NCBI GenBank assembly: GCA_964016885.1
Contig: OZ024742.1
Coordinates: forward strand, 226,424,001 to 226,488,000
Direction: 5' to 3'
DNA from: Eledone cirrhosa
Lineage: Eukaryota
DNA: 64,000 nucleotides
The notes below the pieces were generated by a model, which ran no database searches, was not told the DNA's origin, and was given only the letters and a program-made list of their open reading frames with translations. The position numbers and the translations under genes were made by a program. This document shows positions 1 through 11,200 of this stretch, one piece after another; position 1 is the first letter of the stretch; every line of letters begins with the position of its first letter.

Positions 1-1927
1 TAGTGGTTGTTGGTGGTGGTGGTGTAGTGTAGTAGTGGTAGTTGGTGGTGGTGGTGTAGTGTAGTAGTGGTAGTTGGTGGTGGTGGTGTAGTGTAGTAGT
101 GGTAGCTGGTGGTGGTGGTGTAGTGTAGTAGTGGTAGTTGGTGGTGGTGGTGTAGTGTAGTAGTGGTAGTTGGTGGTGGTGGTGTAGTGTAGTAGTGGTA
201 GTTGGTGGTGGTGTAGTGTAGTAGTGGTAGTTGGTGGTGGTGGTGTAGTGTAGTAGTGGTTGTTGGTGGTGGTGGTGTAGTGTAGTAGTGGTAGCTGGTG
301 GTGGTGGTGGTGGTGTAGTGTAGTAGTGGTAGCTGGTGGTAGTGGTGTAGCATAGTAGTGGTAGTTGGTGGTGGTGGTGTAGTGTATTAGTGGTTGTTGG
401 TGGTGGTGGTGTAGTGTAGTAGTGGTAGCTGGTGGTGGTGGTGGTGGTGTAGTGTAGTAGTGGTTGTTGGTGGTGGTGGTGTAGTGTAGTAGTGGTAGCT
501 GGTGGTGGTGGTGGTGGTGTAGTGTAGTAGTGGTAGCTGGTGGTGGTGGTGTAGTGTAGTAGTGGTAGTTGGTGGTGGTGGTGTAGTGTAGTAGTGGTAG
601 TTGGTGGTGGTGGTGTAGTGTAGTAGTGGTAGTTGGTGGTGGTGGTGTAGTGTAGTAGTGGTAGTTGGTGGTGGTGGTGTAGTGTAGTAGTGGTAGTTGG
701 TGGTGGTGGTGTAGTGTAGTAGTGGTAGTTGGTGGTGGTGGTGTAGTGTAGTAGTGGTAGCTGGTGGTGGTGGTGTAGTGTAGTAGTGGTTGTTGGTGGT
801 GGTGGTGTAGTGTAGTAGTGGTAGCTGGTGGTGGTGGTGTAGTGTAGTAGTGGTAGCTGGTGGTGGTGGTGTAGTGTAGTAGTGGTAGTTGGTGGTGGTG
901 GTGTAGTGTAGTAGTGGTAGTTGGTGGTGGTGGTGTTGGTGTAGTAGTGGTAGTTGGTGGTGGTGGTGTAGTGTAGTAGTGGTAGTTGGTGGTGGTGTAG
1001 CATAGTAGTGGTAGTTGGTGGTGGTGGTGTAGTGTATTAGTGGTTGTTGGTGGAGGTGGTGTAGTGTAGTAGTGGTAGTTGTTGGTGGAGTTGTAGTGTA
1101 GTAGTGGTAGTTGGTGGAGGTGGTGTAGTGTAGTAGTGGTAGTTGGTGGTGGTGTAGTGTAGTAGTGGTTGTTGGTGGTGGTGGTGTAGTGTAGTATTGG
1201 TAGTTGGTGGTGGTGTAGTGTAATAGTGGTAGTTGGTGGTGGTGTAGTGTAATATTGGTTGTTGTTGGTAGCGTTGCACTGTAGTAGTTGTAGTTGATGG
1301 TGGTGGTGGTGTAGTGTAGTAGTGATAGTTGGTGGTGGTGTAGTGTAATAGTGGTAGTTGGTGGTGGAAGTGGTGGTGTAGTAGTGGTAGTTGGTGGTGG
1401 GGGGGTGTAGTGTAGGAATGGTAGTTGGTGCTGGTGGTGGTGGTGTAGTAGTGGTAGTTGGTGGTGGGGGGGGGGGGTAGTGTAGTAGTGGTAGTTGGTG
1501 GTGGTGGTGTAGTGTAGTAGTGGTAGTTGGTGGTGGTGGTGTAGTGTAGTAGTGGTAGTTGGTGGTGGTGGTGTAGTGTAGTAGTGGTAGTTGGTGGTGG
1601 TGTAGTGTATTGTAGTAGTGGTAGTTGGTGGTGGTGTAGTGTAGTAGTGGTAGTTGGTGGTGGTGTAGTGTAGTGTAGTAGTGGTAGTTTGTGGTGGTGT
1701 AGTGTAGTAGTGGTTGATGGTGGTGCTGTAGTGTAGTAGTGGTAGTTGGTGGTGGTGTAGTGTAGTAGTGGTAGTTGGTGGTGTGTAGTGTAGTAGTGGT
1801 AGTTGGTGCTGGTGGTGTAGTGTAGTAGTGTTAGTTGGTGGTGGTGGTGGTTGTGTAGTGTAGTAGTTGTAGTTGGTGGTGGTGGTGTAGTGTAGTAGTG
1901 TTAGTTGGTGGTGGTGGTGGTGGTGGT
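1..1927. repeat. ~32-bp GT-rich minisatellite, consensus GTAGTGTAGTAGTGGTAGTT(GGT)4, with unit length varying in 3-bp steps; open at the left window edge
   Basis: Seen directly: unit 24-55 is repeated from 56 onward. Units differ mainly in GGT copy number and in AGTT/AGCT/TGTT variants. The array is fairly homogeneous to ~1050 and more degenerate from 1050 to 1900. Confidence 0.97.
1466..1477 (+). repeat. G12 homopolymer replacing a (GGT)n tract (a related G7 lies at 1399-1405)
   Basis: Read directly from the sequence; the exact length may be affected by homopolymer sequencing error. Confidence 0.8.
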
Positions 1928-2624
1928 GTTAGTACTTATACAGTAGGTGGTGTTACTGCTGTAGTTGGTGGTGGTGTTAGTACTGTTACAGTAGTTGGTG
2001 TAACTGCTGTAGTTGGTGGTGGTGTTAGTACTTATACAGTAGGTGGTGTTACTGCTGTAGTTGGTAGTGGTGTTAGTACTGTTACAGTAGGTGGTGTTAC
2101 TGCTGTAGTTGGTAGTGGTGTTAGTATTGTTACAGTAGTTGGTGTTACTGCTGTAGTTGGTGGTGGTGTTAGTACTGTTACAGTAGGTGGTGTTACTGCT
2201 GTAGTTGGTGGTGGTGTTACTACTGTTACAGTAGGTGGTGTTACTGCTGTAGTTGGTGGTGGTGTTAGTACTGTTACAGTAGATGGTGTTACTGCTGTAG
2301 TTGGAGGTGGTCTTAGTACTGTTACAGTAGTTGGTGTTACTGCTGTAGTTGGTGGTGGTGTTAGTACTGTTACAGTAGGTGGTGTTACTGCTATAGTTGG
2401 TGGTGGTGTTAGTACTGTTACAGTAGGTGGTGTTACTGCTGGAGTTGGTAGTGGTGTTAGTACTGTTAGAGTAGTTGGTGTTACTGCTGTAGTTGGTGGT
2501 GGTGTTAGTTAGTTACAGTAGTTGGTGTAACTGCTGTAGTTGGTGGTGTTGTTAGTTAGTTACAGTAGGTGGTGTTACTGCTGTAGTTGGTGTTAGTACT
2601 GTTACAGTAGTTGGTTATACTGCT

Positions 2625-5600
2625 GTAGTTGGTGGTGGTGTTAGTTAGTTACAGTACGTGGTGTTACTGCTGTAGTTGGTAGTGGTGTTAGTACTGTTAC
2701 AGTAAGTGGTCTTACTGCTGTAGTTGGTGGTGGTGTTAGTACTGTTACAGTAGGTGGTGTTACTGCTGTAGTTGGTGGTGGTGTTAGTACTGTTACAGTA
2801 GGTGGTGTTACTGCTGTAGTTGGTGGTGGTGTTAATACTGTTACAGTAGGTGGTGTTACTGCTGTAGTTGGTGGTGGTGTTAGTATTGTTACAGTAGTTG
2901 GTGTAACTGCTGTAGTTGGTGGTGGTGTTAGTACTGTTACAGTAGGTAGTGTTACTGCTGTAGTTGGTGGTGGTGTTAGTACTGTTACAGTAGGTGGTGT
3001 TAATGCTGTAGTTGGTGGTGGTGTTAGTACTGTTACAGTAGTTGGTGTAACTGCTGTAGTTGGTGGTGGTGTTAGTTAATTACAGTAGGTGGTGTTACTG
3101 CTGTAGTTGGTGGTGGTGTTAGTACTGTTACAGTAGGTGGTGTTACTGCTGTAATTGGTGGTGATGTTAGTACTGTTACAGTAGGTGGTGTTACTGCTGT
3201 AGTTGGTGGTGGTGTTAGTACTGTTGCAGTAGGTGGTGTTACTGCTGTAGTTGGTGGTGGTGTTAGTACTCTTACAGTAGGTGGTGTTACTGCTGTAGTT
3301 GGTGGTGGTGTTAGTACTGTTACAGTAGGTGGTGTTACTGCTCTAGTTGGTGGTGGTGTTAGTACTGTTACAGTAGGTGGTGTTACTGCTGTAGTTGGTA
3401 GTGGTGTTACTACTATTACAGTAGGTGGTGTTACTGCTGTAGTTGGTAGTGGTGTTACTACTGTTACAGTAGGTGGTGTTACTGCTGTAGTTGGTGGTTG
3501 TGTTAGTACTGTTACAGTAGGTGGTGTAACTGCTGTAGTTGGTGGAGGTGTTAGTTAATTACAGTAGGTGGTGTTACTGCTGTAGTTGGTAGTGGTGTTA
3601 GTTAGTTACAGTAGGTGGTGTTACTGGTGTATTTGGTAGTGGTGTTAGTACTGTTACAGTAGGTGGTGTTACTGCTGTAGTTGGTAGTGGTGTTACTACT
3701 GTTACAGTAGGTGGTGTTACTGCTGTATTTGGTAGTGGTGTTGGTACTGTTACAGTAGGTGGTGTTACTGCTGTAGTTGGTGTTAGTACTGTTACAGTAG
3801 TTGGTGTAACTGCTGTAGTTGGTGGTGGTGTTAGTTAGTTACAGTACGTGGTGTTACTGCTGTAGTTGGTAGTGGTGTTAGTACTGTTACAGTAAGTGGT
3901 CTTACTGTTGTAGTTGGTGGTGGTGTTAGTACTGTTACAGTAGGTGGTGTTACTGCTGTAGTTGGTGGTGGTGTTAGTACTGTTACAGTAGGTGGTGTTA
4001 CTGCTGTAGTTGGTGGTTGTGTTAGTACTGTTACAGTAGGTGGTGTAACTGCTGTAGTTGGTGGTGGTGTTAGTTAGTTACAGTAGGTGGTGTTACTGCT
4101 GTAGTTGGTGGTGTTGTTAGTACTGTTACTGTAGGTGGTGTTACTGCTGTACTTGGTGGTGGTGTTAGTACTGTTACAGTAGGTGGTGTTAATGCTGTAG
4201 TTGGTGGTGGTGTTAGTACTGTTACAGTAGGTGGTGTTACTGCTGTAGTTGGTGGTGGGGTTAGTACTGTTACAGTAGTTGGTGTTACTGCTGTAGTTGA
4301 TGGTGGTGTTAGTACTGTTACAGTAGGTGGTGTTACTGCTGTAGTTGGTAGTGGTGTTACTACTGTTACAGTTGGTGGTGTTACTGCTGTAGTTGGTGGT
4401 GGTGTTAGTACTGTTACAGTAGGTGGTGTTACTGCTGTAGTTGCTAGTGGTGTTACTACTGTTACAGTAGGTGGTGTTACTGCTGTAGTTGGTGGTGGTG
4501 TTAGTACTGTTACAGTAGGTTGTGTTACTGCTGTAGTTGGTGGTGGTGTTACTACTGTTACAGTAGTTAGTGTTACTGCCGTAGTTGGTGGTGGTGTTAG
4601 TACTGTTAGAGTAGGTGGTGATACTGCTGTAGTTTGTAGTGGCGTTACTACTGTTACAGTAGGTGGTGTTACTGCTGTAGTTGGTGGTGGTGTTAGTACT
4701 GTTACAGTAGGTGGTGTTACTGCTGTAGTTGGTAGTGGTGTTGGTACTGTTACAGTAGGTAGTGTTACTGCTGTAGTTGGTGGTGATGTTACTACTGTTA
4801 CAGTAGTTGGTGTTACTGCTGTAGTTGGTGGTGGTGTTAGTACTGTTACAGTAGGTGGTGTTACTGCTGTAGTTGGTGGTGGTGTTAGTACTGTTACAGT
4901 AGGTGGTGTTAATGCTGTAGTTGGTGGTGGTGTTAGTACTGTTACAGTAGGTGGTGTTACTGCTGTAGTTGCTGGTGGGGTTAGTACTGTTACAGTAGTT
5001 GGTGTTACTGCTGTAGCTGATGGTGGTGTTAGTACTGTTACAGTAGGTAGTGTTACTGCTGTAGTTGGTGGTGGTGTTACTACTGTTACAGTTGTTGGTG
5101 TTACTGCTGTAGTTGGTGGTGGTGTTAGTACTGTTACAGTAGGTGGTGTTACTGCTGTAGTTGGTGGTGGTGTTACTACTGTTACAGTTGGTGGTGTTAC
5201 TGCTGTAGTTGGTGGTGGTGTTAGTACTGTTACAGTAGGTTGTGTTACTGCTGTAGGTGGTAGTGGTGTTAGTACTGTTACAGTAGGTGGTGTTACTGCT
5301 GTAGTTGGTGGTGGTGTTAGTACTGTTGCAGTAGGTGGTGTTACTGCTGTAGTTGGTGGTGGTGTTGGTACTTTTACAGTAGGTAGTGTTACTGCTGTAG
5401 TTGGTGGTGGTGTTGGTACTTTTACAGTAGGTAGTGTTACTGCTGTAGTTGGTGGTGGTGTTAGTTAGTTACAGTACGTGGTGTTACTGCTGTAGTTGGT
5501 AGTGGTGTTAGTACTGTTACAGTAAGTGGTCTTACTGCTGTAGTTGGTGGTGGTGTTAGTACTGTTACAGTAGGTGGTGTTACTGCTGTAGTTGGTGGTG

Positions 5601-8234
5601 GTGTTAGTACTGTTACAGTAGGTGGTGTTACTGCTGTAGTTGGTGGTGGTGTTAATACTGTTACAGTAGGTGGTGTTACTGCTGTAGTTGGTGGTGGTGT
5701 TAGTATTGTTACAGTAGTTGGTGTAACTGCTGTAGTTGGTGGTGGTGTTAGTACTGTTACAGTAGGTAGTGTTACTGCTGTAGTTGGTGGTGGTGTTAGT
5801 ACTGTTACAGTAGGTGGTGTTAATGCTGTAGTTGGTGGTGGTGTTAGTACTGTTACAGTAGTTGGTGTAACTGCTGTAGTTGGTGGTGGTGTTAGTTAAT
5901 TACAGTAGGTGGTGTTACTGCTGTAGTTGGTGGTGGTGTTAGTACTGTTACAGTAGGTGGTGTTACTGCTGTAATTGGTGGTGATGTTAGTACTGTTACA
6001 GTAGGTGGTGTTACTGCTGTAGTTGGTGGTGGTGTTAGTACTGTTGCAGTAGGTGGTGTTACTGCTGTAGTTGGTGGTGGTGTTAGTACTCTTACAGTAG
6101 GTGGTGTTACTGCTGTAGTTGGTGGTGGTGTTAGTACTGTTACAGTAGGTGGTGTTACTGCTCTAGTTGGTGGTGGTGTTAGTACTGTTACAGTAGGTGG
6201 TGTTACTGCTGTAGTTGGTAGTGGTGTTACTACTATTACAGTAGGTGGTGTTACTGCTGTAGTTGGTAGTGGTGTTACTACTGTTACAGTAGGTGGTGTT
6301 ACTGCTGTAGTTGGTGGTTGTGTTAGTACTGTTACAGTAGGTGGTGTAACTGCTGTAGTTGGTGGAGGTGTTAGTTAATTACAGTAGGTGGTGTTACTGC
6401 TGTAGTTGGTAGTGGTGTTAGTTAGTTACAGTAGGTGGTGTTACTGCTGTAGTTGGTAGTGGTGTTAGTACTGTTACAGTAGGTGGTGTTACTGCTGTAG
6501 TTGGTAGTGGTGTTACTACTGTTACAGTAGGTGGTGTTACTGCTGTATTTGGTAGTGGTGTTGGTACTGTTACAGTAGGTGGTGTTACTGCTGTAGTTGG
6601 TGTTAGTACTGTTACAGTAGTTGGTGTAACTGCTGTAGTTGGTGGTGGTGTTAGTTAGTTACAGTACGTGGTGTTACTGCTGTAGTTGGTAGTGGTGTTA
6701 GTACTGTTACAGTAAGTGGTCTTACTGTTGTAGTTGGTGGTGGTGTTAGTACTGTTACAGTAGGTGGTGTTACTGCTGTAGTTGGTGGTGGTGTTAGTAC
6801 TGTTACAGTAGGTGGTGTTACTGCTGTAGTTGGTGGTTGTGTTAGTACTGTTACAGTAGGTGGTGTAACTGCTGTAGTTGGTGGTGGTGTTAGTTAGTTA
6901 CAGTAGGTGGTGTTACTGCTGTAGTTGGTGGTGTTGTTAGTACTGTTACTGTAGGTGGTGTTACTGCTGTACTTGGTGGTGGTGTTAGTACTGTTACAGT
7001 AGGTGGTGTTAATGCTGTAGTTGGTGGTGGTGTTAGTACTGTTACAGTAGGTGGTGTTACTGCTGTAGTTGGTGGTGGGGTTAGTACTGTTACAGTAGTT
7101 GGTGTTACTGCTGTAGTTGATGGTGGTGTTAGTACTGTTACAGTAGGTGGTGTTACTGCTGTAGTTGGTAGTGGTGTTACTACTGTTACAGTTGGTGGTG
7201 TTACTGCTGTAGTTGGTGGTGGTGTTAGTACTGTTACAGTAGGTGGTGTTACTGCTGTAGTTGCTAGTGGTGTTACTACTGTTACAGTAGGTGGTGTTAC
7301 TGCTGTAGTTGGTGGTGGTGTTAGTACTGTTACAGTAGGTTGTGTTACTGCTGTAGTTGGTGGTGGTGTTACTACTGTTACAGTAGTTAGTGTTACTGCC
7401 GTAGTTGGTGGTGGTGTTAGTACTGTTAGAGTAGGTGGTGATACTGCTGTAGTTTGTAGTGGTGTTACTACTGTTACAGTAGGTGGTGTTACTGCTGTAG
7501 TTGGTGGTGGTGTTAGTACTGTTACAGTAGGTGGTGTTACTGCTGTAGTTGGTAGTGGTGTTGGTACTGTTACAGTAGGTAGTGTTACTGCTGTAGTTGG
7601 TGGTGATGTTACTACTGTTACAGTAGTTGGTGTTACTGCTGTAGTTGGTGGTGGTGTTAGTACTGTTACAGTAGGTGGTGTTACTGCTGTAGTTGGTGGT
7701 GGTGTTAGTACTGTTACAGTAGGTGGTGTTAATGCTGTAGTTGGTGGTGGTGTTAGTACTGTTACAGTAGGTGGTGTTACTGCTGTAGTTGCTGGTGGGG
7801 TTAGTACTGTTACAGTAGTTGGTGTTACTGCTGTAGCTGATGGTGGTGTTAGTACTGTTACAGTAGGTAGTGTTACTGCTGTAGTTGGTGGTGGTGTTAC
7901 TACTGTTACAGTTGTTGGTGTTACTGCTGTAGTTGGTGGTGGTGTTAGTACTGTTACAGTAGGTGGTGTTACTGCTGTAGTTGGTGGTGGTGTTACTACT
8001 GTTACAGTTGGTGGTGTTACTGCTGTAGTTGGTGGTGGTGTTAGTACTGTTACAGTAGGTTGTGTTACTGCTGTAGGTGGTAGTGGTGTTAGTACTGTTA
8101 CAGTAGGTGGTGTTACTGCTGTAGTTGGTGGTGGTGTTAGTACTGTTGCAGTAGGTGGTGTTACTGCTGTAGTTGGTGGTGGTGTTGGTACTTTTACAGT
8201 AGGTAGTGTTACTGCTGTAGTTGGTGGTGGTGTT
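2625..8234. repeat. Tandem segmental duplication within the 48-bp array, period 2820 bp (about 2625-5414 and 5445-8234)
   Basis: Lines from 2641 and from 5461 match in register, including rare variants (ACAGTACGTGG, GTAAGTGGTCTT, GTTAGTTAATTACA, GTAGCTGATGG, ACTTTTACA). I noticed only a few differences (about 3627-3632 vs 6447-6452; 4643 vs 7463). Confidence 0.93.
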
Positions 8235-11200
8235 ACTACTGTTACAGTACTTGGTGTTACTGCCGTAGTTGGTGGTGGTGTTAGTACTGTTACAGTAGGT
8301 GGTGTTACTGCTGTAGTTGGTAGTGGTGTTAGTACTGTTACAGTAGGTGGTGTTACTGCTGTAGTTGGTAGTGGTGTTGGTACTGTTACAGTAGGTAGTG
8401 TTACTGCTGTAGTTGGTGGTGATGTTACTACTGTTACAGTAGGTAGTGTTACTGCTGTAGTTGGTGGTGATGTTACTACTGTTACAGTAGTTGATGTTAC
8501 TGCTGTAGTTGGTGGTGGTGTTAGTACTGTTACAGTAGGTGGTGTTACTGCTGTAGTTGGTAGTGGTGTTACTACTGTTACAGTTGGTGGTGTTACTGCT
8601 GTAGTTTGTGGTGGTGTTAGTACTGTTACAGTAGGTGGTGTTACTGCTGTAGTTGCTAGTGGTGTTACTACTGTTACAGTAAGTGGTGTTACTGCTGTAG
8701 TTGGTGGTGGTGTTAGTACTGTTACAGTAGGTTGTGTTACTGCTGTAGGTGGTAGTGGTGTTAGTACTGTTACAGTAGGTGGTGTTACTGCTGTAGTTGG
8801 TGGTGGTGTTAGTACTGTTGCAGTAGGTGGTGTTACTGCTGTAGTTGGTGGTGGTGTTGGTACTGTTACAGTAGGTAGTGTTACTGCTGTAGTTGGTGGT
8901 GGTGTTACTACTGTTACAGTAGTTGGTGTTACTGCCGTAGTTGGTGGTGGTGTTAGTACTGTTAGAGTAGGTGGTGATACTGCTGTAGTTTGTAGTGGTG
9001 TTACTACTGTTACAGTAGGTGGTGTTACTGCTGTAGTTGGTAGTGGTGTTAGTACTGTTACGGTAGGTGGTGTTACTGCTGTAGTTGGTAGTGGTGATGG
9101 TACTGTTACAGTAGGTAGTGTTACTGCCGTAGTTGGTGGTGGTGTTAGTAGTGTTAGAGTAGGTGGTGTTACTGCTGTAGTTTGTAGTGGTGTTAGTACT
9201 GTTACAGTAGTTGGTGGTGGTGTTATTACTGTTACAGTAGGTGGTGTTACTGCTGTAGTTGGTGGTGGTGTTAGTACCTTTACAGTAGGTGGTGTTACTG
9301 GTGTATTTGGTGGTGGTGTTAGTACTGTTACAGTAGGTGGTGTTACTGCTGTAGTTGGTGGTGGTTTCAGTAATGTAACAATAGTTGGTGTTACGACTGT
9401 AGTTGGTGGTGGTGTTATTACTGTTACAGTAGGTGGTGTTACTGCTGTAGTTGGTGGTGGTGTTAGTACTGTTGCAGTAGGTGGTGTTAGTACTGTTGCA
9501 GTAGGTGGTGTTACTGCTGTAGTTGGTGGTGGTTTCAGTAATGTAACAATAGTTGGTGTTACGACTGTAGTTTGTGGTGGTGTTGGTACTGTTACAGTAG
9601 GTACTGTTACTGCTGTAGTTGGTGGTGGTGTTACTACTGTTACAGGACTTGGTGTTACTGCCGTAGTTGGTGGTGGTGTTAGTACTGTTAGAGTAGGTGG
9701 TGATACTGCTGTAGTTTGTAGTGGTGTTACTACTGTTACAGTAGGTGGTGTTACTGCTGTAGTTGGTAGTGGTGTTAGTACTGTTACAGTAGGTGGTGTT
9801 ACTGCTGTAGTTGGTAGTGGTGTTGGTACTGTTACAGTAGGTAGTGTTACTGCCGTAGTTGGTGGTGGTGTTAGTAGTGTTAGAGTAGCTGGTGTTACTG
9901 CTGTAGTTTGTAGTGGTGTTAGTACTGTTACAGTAGTTGGTGTTACTGCTGTAGTTGGTGGTGGTGTTATTACTGTTACAGTAGATGGTGTTACTGCTGT
10001 AGTTGGTGGTGGTGTTAGTACTGTTAGAGTAGGTGGTGTTACTGCTGTAGTTGGTGGTGGTGTTAGTACCGTTACAGTAGGTGGTGTTACTGGTGTATTT
10101 GGTGGTGGTGTTAGTACTGTTACAGTAGGTGGTGTTACTGCTGTAGTTGGTGGTGGTTTCAGTAATGTTACAATAGTTGGTGTTACTACTGTAGTTGGTG
10201 GTGGTGTTATTACTGTTACAGTAGGTGGTGTTACTGCTGTAGTTGGTGGTGGTGTTAGTACTGTTGCAGTAGGTGGTGTTACTGCTGTAGTTGGTGGTGG
10301 TGTTGGTACTGTTACAGTAGGTAGTCTTACTGCTGTAGTTGGTGGTGGTGTTACTACTGTTACAGTACTTGGTGTTACTGCCGTAGTTGGTGGTGGTGTT
10401 AGTACTGTTAGAGTAGGTGGTGATACTGCTGTAGTTTGTAGTGGTGTTACTACTGTTACAGTAGGTGGTGTTACTGCTGTAGTTGGTAGTGGTGTTAGTA
10501 CTGTTACAGTAGGTGGTGTTACAGCTGTAGTTGGTAGTGGTGTTAGTTAGTTACAGTACGTGGTGTTACTGCTGTAGTTGGTGGTGATGTTACTACTGTT
10601 ACAGTAGTTGGTGTTACTGCTGTAGTTGGTGGTGGTGTTAGTACTGTTACAGTAGGTGGTGTTAATGCTGTAGTTGGTGGTGGTGTTAGTACTGTTACAG
10701 TAGGTGGTGTTACTGCTGTAGTTGGTGGTGGGGTTAGTACAGTTACAGTAGTTGGTGTTACTGCTGTAGTTGATGGTGGTGTTAGTACTGTTACAGTAGG
10801 TAGTGTTACTGCTGTAGTTGGTGGTGGTGTTACTACTGTTACAATAGTTGGTGTTACTGCTGTAGTTGGTGGTGGTGTTAGTACTGTTACAGTAGGTGTT
10901 GTTACTGCTGTAGTTGGTAGTGGTGTTACTACTGTTACAGTTGGTGGTGTTACTGCTGTAGTTGGTGGTGGTGTTAGTACTGTTACAGTAGGTGGTGTTA
11001 CTGCTGTAGTTGCTAGTGGTGTTACTACTGTTACAGTAGGTGGTGTTACTGCTGTAGTTGGTGGTGGTGTTAGTACTGTTACAGTAGGTTGTGTTACTGC
11101 TGTAGGTGGTAGTGGTGTTAGTACTGTTACAGTAGGTGGTGTTACTGCTGTAGTTGGTGGTGGTGTTAGTACTGTTGCAGTAGGTGGTGTTACTGCTGTA

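Noticed and set aside
105-112. Chi-like octamer GCTGGTGG, here and in several other monomers of both arrays
   Set aside because: It is one substitution away from the GGT-rich consensus and was copied with the repeat. Nothing suggests an enterobacterial RecBCD context.
1037-1279. 80-aa His/Thr/Tyr-rich ORF on the minus strand
   Set aside because: It cycles through the reading frames of the 29-32 bp repeat and is a low-complexity artefact.
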